DNA from: Rhodothermaceae bacterium
GTDB taxonomy: Bacteria; Bacteroidota; Rhodothermia; Rhodothermales; JAHQVL01
Assembly (NCBI GenBank): GCA_019634345.1
Contig: JAHQVL010000074.1
Location: 1-55,417, forward strand
Reading direction: 5' to 3'
Length of the DNA: 55,417 bases
Shown here: in pieces, positions 51,049 to 55,417 of the stretch
Position numbering within the stretch: position 1 is the first letter of the stretch
How the letters are laid out: the number at the start of each line of letters is the position of its first letter
Translations under genes and position numbers: made by a program
The notes under the pieces: model-generated
Told to the model about the DNA's origin: nothing
Databases searched by the model: none
Seen by the model: the letters and a program-made list of their open reading frames with translations, nothing else

Positions 51049-53478
51049 CTAGATATCAACATCCTGTTTCTTAACCAGGAATAACCCTTCACCGCGGCTG
51101 CTTACAGCAATAACGCCGCTTTTGAAGTACGGATAGTTACTCCATGAACCACCAAAGCCGGCTTCGTCACCAGCGTCAGGCGTGGTGTCGAAGTGGCCTA
51201 CTTCGACAGGATTTGTAGGATCAGTGATATCAAGGATTCGCAAGCCTGCCTGGTAGTTGGATTGATACAAGAAGTTATCTCGTACATACAAGTTGTGATC
51301 ACTGGCTTTTGTAGATAGCATGAACTCCTTCGCCAGAATTGGGTCCTCCAATTCCTCGAGGTCCCAAATTAACGTGCGAGTTTGATCTACAAAACCATTT
51401 AATTCATCCAACTCATCATTCATGTAGAAGTATTTCTGGTCCTCTGTAAGCCATCCTTGATGAGTGTAAGCCAGGTTAGGATACGTGGTTCTAGCAATTA
51501 GCTCTGGATTGCTCTTGTCTGTTACATCTACAATGGTAAATGCATTTCCTGAAGACTTAAAGCAGACTTCTTTTCCTGTGTATTTTGAATCCGGTCCACG
51601 GTATATAACACATTGTGCATCATGGGCAAGGCCAGAACTGGCTCCCCCGGGGGTTCTGTAGAAAAAGCATCCAGCGAAAGTTGGGTTTTTGGGATCCTGG
51701 ATATTGATCATGTGGAGCTGGCCGCCACAGGTTTCCCCACCTGCTCGATTTCCAATTGAATAGGCAAACCCTGTTTCTTCGTTAATAACAATGTTATGAG
51801 AGCTGTTCAGCTTATCGTAGACCACCGTAGGCTCAAACGTAACAGGCATGTCTCCAGGAGCAACATCTCTTAATTGAGTCAAGTCGAATACTTGCATTCC
51901 GTGAGCACCCGCTCCATCTGCTACGATAAAAGCATGATCCTTGTATACCTTCACGTCTCGCCATGCACTGCCGGGAGAGCCTTCTGTTTTTAGAATTTCG
52001 CCAACATAAACCGGATTATAAGGATCTCTTATATCAACGAAAGAAAGTCCTTCAGTACGCGCCTGAAGCACATATTCAACATTTGTCTCAGGGTCTGTCC
52101 AGCCCCATATGTCTGTCATTTTGACTCCTCGATCGGCTGATAGATCGCCAATAGACAAAAAGGACAGTAGATCTACTTTCTGGCAATCGAACAAATTGGC
52201 CATCCAATCAGAACATTCTACTTTTTCGCCTTGAACAGAGGACATGAGTGCCACTTCACTTGCTAGAACTGAGGTTGCTGTCCAGGCGCCGTCAATGCGC
52301 TCGTAAACAGTTGCAACACCCTCTTCGAAGTCTGCACGAGGAGATCCGACGACTGCAACCCTGTTTTCAAAAGAAATACCAAAGCCGAAGCCCATTGCTG
52401 TTCTGCTGTCTGACGGGGAGAGGGTGTGCTGTGATGCCCATGCATCTATATCTGAATCGAACTCGAAGAGGTGAGCATTGCCACCACGTCTACCTCCTTC
52501 GATAATTCCCTGATAAGTGGCGTCAATACTGCCACCAAATCCGCGTCGCGAAGAGGACTGGTCCGAGGAGGTGAGCTGGCCTGATAACATCCAGCGATTA
52601 AGTGCTGTATTCAGTTCATAGATGAAAATGATACCGGATCCATTATAGCCAGGAGCCCCGATAAATAACTTATCATAATGGGTGGCCAGTGCGTATCCAA
52701 AAGCACTGCGCTCAGATATCTTTAAGGGAACTGCAAGGGGAGTCTCTTCCCAAGTGGACGTATCTTCGTTTAGCTTGTATGCATATACGGTCCCTTTTTC
52801 ATTCTCAGATCTCCAGGCACCAATAAAGAGGTAATTTCCTGATGCAGCCAGGGACCAACCGTAATCCAACGTGTTGTTTTCTCCCTCTGGTTTCAGAATC
52901 GTTTCCTCGCTCCAGGCCCCATCCTGCTGGTTAAATACATGAACTACACCGCTAGATGATTTTGTAGAGTAAGAGGTAATGGCTATGCGATCTCCAGCTT
53001 TCGTTATTGCTTTGGATCGATAACCTGCATAGTTGTTGGCTCCTCCAAACACGGCATCCGCTTCTAAGGATGTGGGCTCAAGTTTTCCCGTTTCTACCCA
53101 AGATCCCTCTTGATTGCGTTCAAATACATATGCAGCATTTACTCCTGGGGCGCCAACGATTAACATGGAGTCATCTACATAAATGGATCGGCCAAAGTTA
53201 TTCCCCGTAGTTCCATCAGATGCTCTGATAACATGCTCCTCTTTCCAGTTACCCGTTACGTCTTGCTCATAGACATAAACAGCACTTGCCGGTTCTGCGC
53301 CACGGGGCCAGCCCACTGGAGCAGAACTGACGTAGATTGAACCTCCTTCAATGGCGACTGAAGCACCAAACCCCAAGCCGTTTGAGGTCGTAGATTCAGG
53401 ATGTGTTTGGCCAATAACCTGCTGGGAGAAGGCGCAGAAAAACAATAAGCAAAAAAGCTTGAGTAGCCCAGAATTCAT
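51049..53478 (-). CDS. Secreted FG-GAP repeat plus choice-of-anchor B domain protein
   Basis: Repeated FGxSxA...VGAP...G.VYVY blades, then C..VDLLS, DIWGW, WRDVKVY, SHNIVIN, HDAQCVIY, YTHQGWLT, DELDE and GSWSNYPYF. Confidence 0.88.
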   Translation of the reverse strand: MNSGLLKLFCLLFFCAFSQQVIGQTHPESTTSNGLGFGASVAIEGGSIYVSSAPVGWPRGAEPASAVYVYEQDVTGNWKEEHVIRASDGTTGNNFGRSIYVDDSMLIVGAPGVNAAYVFERNQEGSWVETGKLEPTSLEADAVFGGANNYAGYRSKAITKAGDRIAITSYSTKSSSGVVHVFNQQDGAWSEETILKPEGENNTLDYGWSLAASGNYLFIGAWRSENEKGTVYAYKLNEDTSTWEETPLAVPLKISERSAFGYALATHYDKLFIGAPGYNGSGIIFIYELNTALNRWMLSGQLTSSDQSSSRRGFGGSIDATYQGIIEGGRRGGNAHLFEFDSDIDAWASQHTLSPSDSRTAMGFGFGISFENRVAVVGSPRADFEEGVATVYERIDGAWTATSVLASEVALMSSVQGEKVECSDWMANLFDCQKVDLLSFLSIGDLSADRGVKMTDIWGWTDPETNVEYVLQARTEGLSFVDIRDPYNPVYVGEILKTEGSPGSAWRDVKVYKDHAFIVADGAGAHGMQVFDLTQLRDVAPGDMPVTFEPTVVYDKLNSSHNIVINEETGFAYSIGNRAGGETCGGQLHMINIQDPKNPTFAGCFFYRTPGGASSGLAHDAQCVIYRGPDSKYTGKEVCFKSSGNAFTIVDVTDKSNPELIARTTYPNLAYTHQGWLTEDQKYFYMNDELDELNGFVDQTRTLIWDLEELEDPILAKEFMLSTKASDHNLYVRDNFLYQSNYQAGLRILDITDPTNPVEVGHFDTTPDAGDEAGFGGSWSNYPYFKSGVIAVSSRGEGLFLVKKQDVDI

Positions 53479-53680
53479 GGCGATAATTTGTTAGTTACAG
53501 ATATACCGTATTTATGAACCCCTAATGTAAAAAAAGGATCTGTTCTTTGCCGTAGTGATTACGCGTTATTGAATGGCAGATTGTATAACAATCAAATCAG
53601 CTGATGTTCTATGTTTTACTGTCCCCAGTAAGGCTCTTTGGGGGTGGTTCATCTAACTAACCTGATATGGGTTTACAATC

Positions 53681-54676
53681 ATGATACGATATATATTCAA
53701 GCCACTGCTGGCAAGCTTTGCGTTAGTTTTTATTCTTGCAGCTTGTGATAGCAATACAACAAATGAAAACATTGATGATCCAGAGTTAGCGCAATTGAGC
53801 GTAGCTATTGGGGATGAGGTTTCCTTAACAAGTGATCAACAAAGAGACTTTGAAGAATCCCTTGCACGTCATGGCGGAAATCGCTTTAACCGAGAACCTG
53901 GCTTTTTATGGACAGTAGCTGCGGATTTGCAAGCATCTTTAACCGATGAGCAAAAGGCAGAGTTGTTTGCTGGCACTGAAGACGCAGAAGATGGATTGTC
54001 TTTCAGAGGTTTATTAGGGTTTCCTGGATCTGGTGGGCGATATGGGTTAGGTGGATTTATGGGTGGTTCTCGCCGCCATGGAATTTCCCCTATGGATTCT
54101 GAATTAAACTTAACTGAGGACCAGGAGACTGCTCTGACTGATATTCATACGCACTATCGCGAGCAGTTTAGAGCTCTTGCCGATGCACTTAATAACGGCG
54201 AGATTGGTCAAGATGAGGTCCTATCCCAATTGCTTACTCTGCGTGACGCAAAGCAAGCCGAAGTGTTGGATGTACTGACTGACGAACAAGAAGCTCTATT
54301 AGAAGAATATCGAGCAGAACGTGAAGCACAATTTGAAGAGTATCGTCAGCAGGTAAACGATGTTCGAAATGATGTTCTCGGGCTCACAGATGAAGAAGCT
54401 GAAGCGATAGATGCTCTTTATGAAGAGCAATTAGCTACTCGAGAAAGCCTTATTGAACAGTTGCAAGCTGGTACTTTAACCGTTACTGACTTCCAGGCTG
54501 AAATCGATGTTCTAGAAACGGCAAGGCAAGAACTTTTGGCTGGGCTTCTCAGCGAGCTCCAGTATGAAATTGTCCAGATTCATGATGCCCTGAGCGTTCG
54601 TTCAGGAAAATTCGGCCATCGCGGCGGCCGAGGTTTTGGACAGGGAAGGGGACAAGGTCACACATTTGGAGGATAA
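53681..54676 (+). CDS. Lipoprotein with Spy/CpxP-like LTxxQ helical repeats
   Basis: Lipobox LAAC; LTSDQ, LTDEQ, LTEDQ, LTDEQ and LTDEE motifs; Gly/Arg-rich segments. Confidence 0.65.
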   Translation: MIRYIFKPLLASFALVFILAACDSNTTNENIDDPELAQLSVAIGDEVSLTSDQQRDFEESLARHGGNRFNREPGFLWTVAADLQASLTDEQKAELFAGTEDAEDGLSFRGLLGFPGSGGRYGLGGFMGGSRRHGISPMDSELNLTEDQETALTDIHTHYREQFRALADALNNGEIGQDEVLSQLLTLRDAKQAEVLDVLTDEQEALLEEYRAEREAQFEEYRQQVNDVRNDVLGLTDEEAEAIDALYEEQLATRESLIEQLQAGTLTVTDFQAEIDVLETARQELLAGLLSELQYEIVQIHDALSVRSGKFGHRGGRGFGQGRGQGHTFGG

Positions 54677-54680
54677 TATG

Positions 54681-54757
54681 AGTTGACGTGCTGGATTCAT
54701 CGTACAGAGTAGTGCTATCCCTCATGATTACTATGCACGTTGAATCCAGCACCAACT
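54681..54757. other. Long imperfect stem-loop (77 nt)
   Basis: Outer AGTTG/CAACT, a perfect 12-bp GTGCTGGATTCA/TGAATCCAGCAC, and an imperfect inner stem. Confidence 0.7.
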
Positions 54758-54826
54758 ACTCAATGCCACCTCTCGTTATTGACTGAATCGTGGCGATATG
54801 CAACCCACGATAGAATACTATGAATA

Positions 54827-55417
54827 ATGGTGAATTGTATGGTTAAGAATCGATTTATACAGGCAATTCGTGTCGTGGCTATATATGGAGTACTCTGTAT
54901 TGTGGCTCTAGGCATGAATACGGCCACTGCACAGTATTTTGGGCGTAACAAAGTCCAGTATGATAATTTTGAGTTCAAGCAGTTTGAAACTGAACATTTT
55001 ATCTTCTATTTCTACCCAGAATCAGAAGAGGCAGTAAAGGATGCAGCCAGGATGGCAGAGCGATGGTATGAACGACACAGCATGGTTTTTCTTCGTGAGT
55101 TCAATGATAAAAAACCCATCATCCTTTATGCTAATGACGCTGACTTCCACCAGACAAATGTCATCAATGGCAGTCTAGGAGAAGGGACCGGCGGTGTTAC
55201 TGAATCGCTTAAGCAGCGTGTGGTGATGCCCCTAACGGGCGTTTATGCAGATACGGATCACGTTCTGGGCCATGAGCTTATTCACTCTTTTCAGTACGAC
55301 ATTGCATTCGCTGAAAGAGGGGATGAGGAGTATGAGGTACGATTCAATATTGGTCAGCTGCCTCTTTGGTTTATAGAAGGAACTGCCGAGTATCTGTCGG
55401 TAGGGCGCCAGGATGCA
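54827..55417 (+). CDS. Exported protein with an N-terminal gluzincin (peptidase MA-like) domain, 3' truncated by the window edge
   Basis: Open frame from ATG 54827/54839: signal peptide ending ATA-QYFGRNKVQY, then GGVTE, HELIH and PLWFIEGTAEY. Not in the ORF track. Confidence 0.8.
   Translation, partial: MVNCMVKNRFIQAIRVVAIYGVLCIVALGMNTATAQYFGRNKVQYDNFEFKQFETEHFIFYFYPESEEAVKDAARMAERWYERHSMVFLREFNDKKPIILYANDADFHQTNVINGSLGEGTGGVTESLKQRVVMPLTGVYADTDHVLGHELIHSFQYDIAFAERGDEEYEVRFNIGQLPLWFIEGTAEYLSVGRQDA

Overview
This is a gene-dense bacterial chromosomal window. Gene content and protein style point to the Bacteroidota/Rhodothermaeota lineage (inference): DUF2851, DUF4270-like plus half glycogen-synthase pair, Bacteroidota-type LptD, DUF3467, choice-of-anchor B, sucC without sucD. 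It is mostly housekeeping: modAB, add, lon, CBS, csp, LptF/G, sucC, lptD-ROK-ftsB-eno, glgC, pyrF, an acyl-CoA dehydrogenase, and an ECF sigma/FecR/TonB receptor trio. I saw no rRNA, tRNA, transposase, integrase or true CRISPR array. The unusual signals cluster in the accessory stretch at about 2-9 kb. (1) A DUF4097 beta-repeat protein carries 18 perfectly phased DIRxxx hexapeptides placed before its signal peptide, behind an ECF-type promoter. (2) A non-coding array of three 43-bp units each contains a 28-nt palindrome, with an apparent compensatory change. (3) A small protein is an internal tandem duplication of a Cas2/VapD-like domain. (4) An unannotated 48-aa hydrophobic ORF lies before add. 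Elsewhere there is a perfect 21-bp palindrome upstream of the ECF sigma gene, a 77-nt long hairpin, and a QQDGE repeat tract. All family assignments come from motif recognition by eye; no database searches were run.
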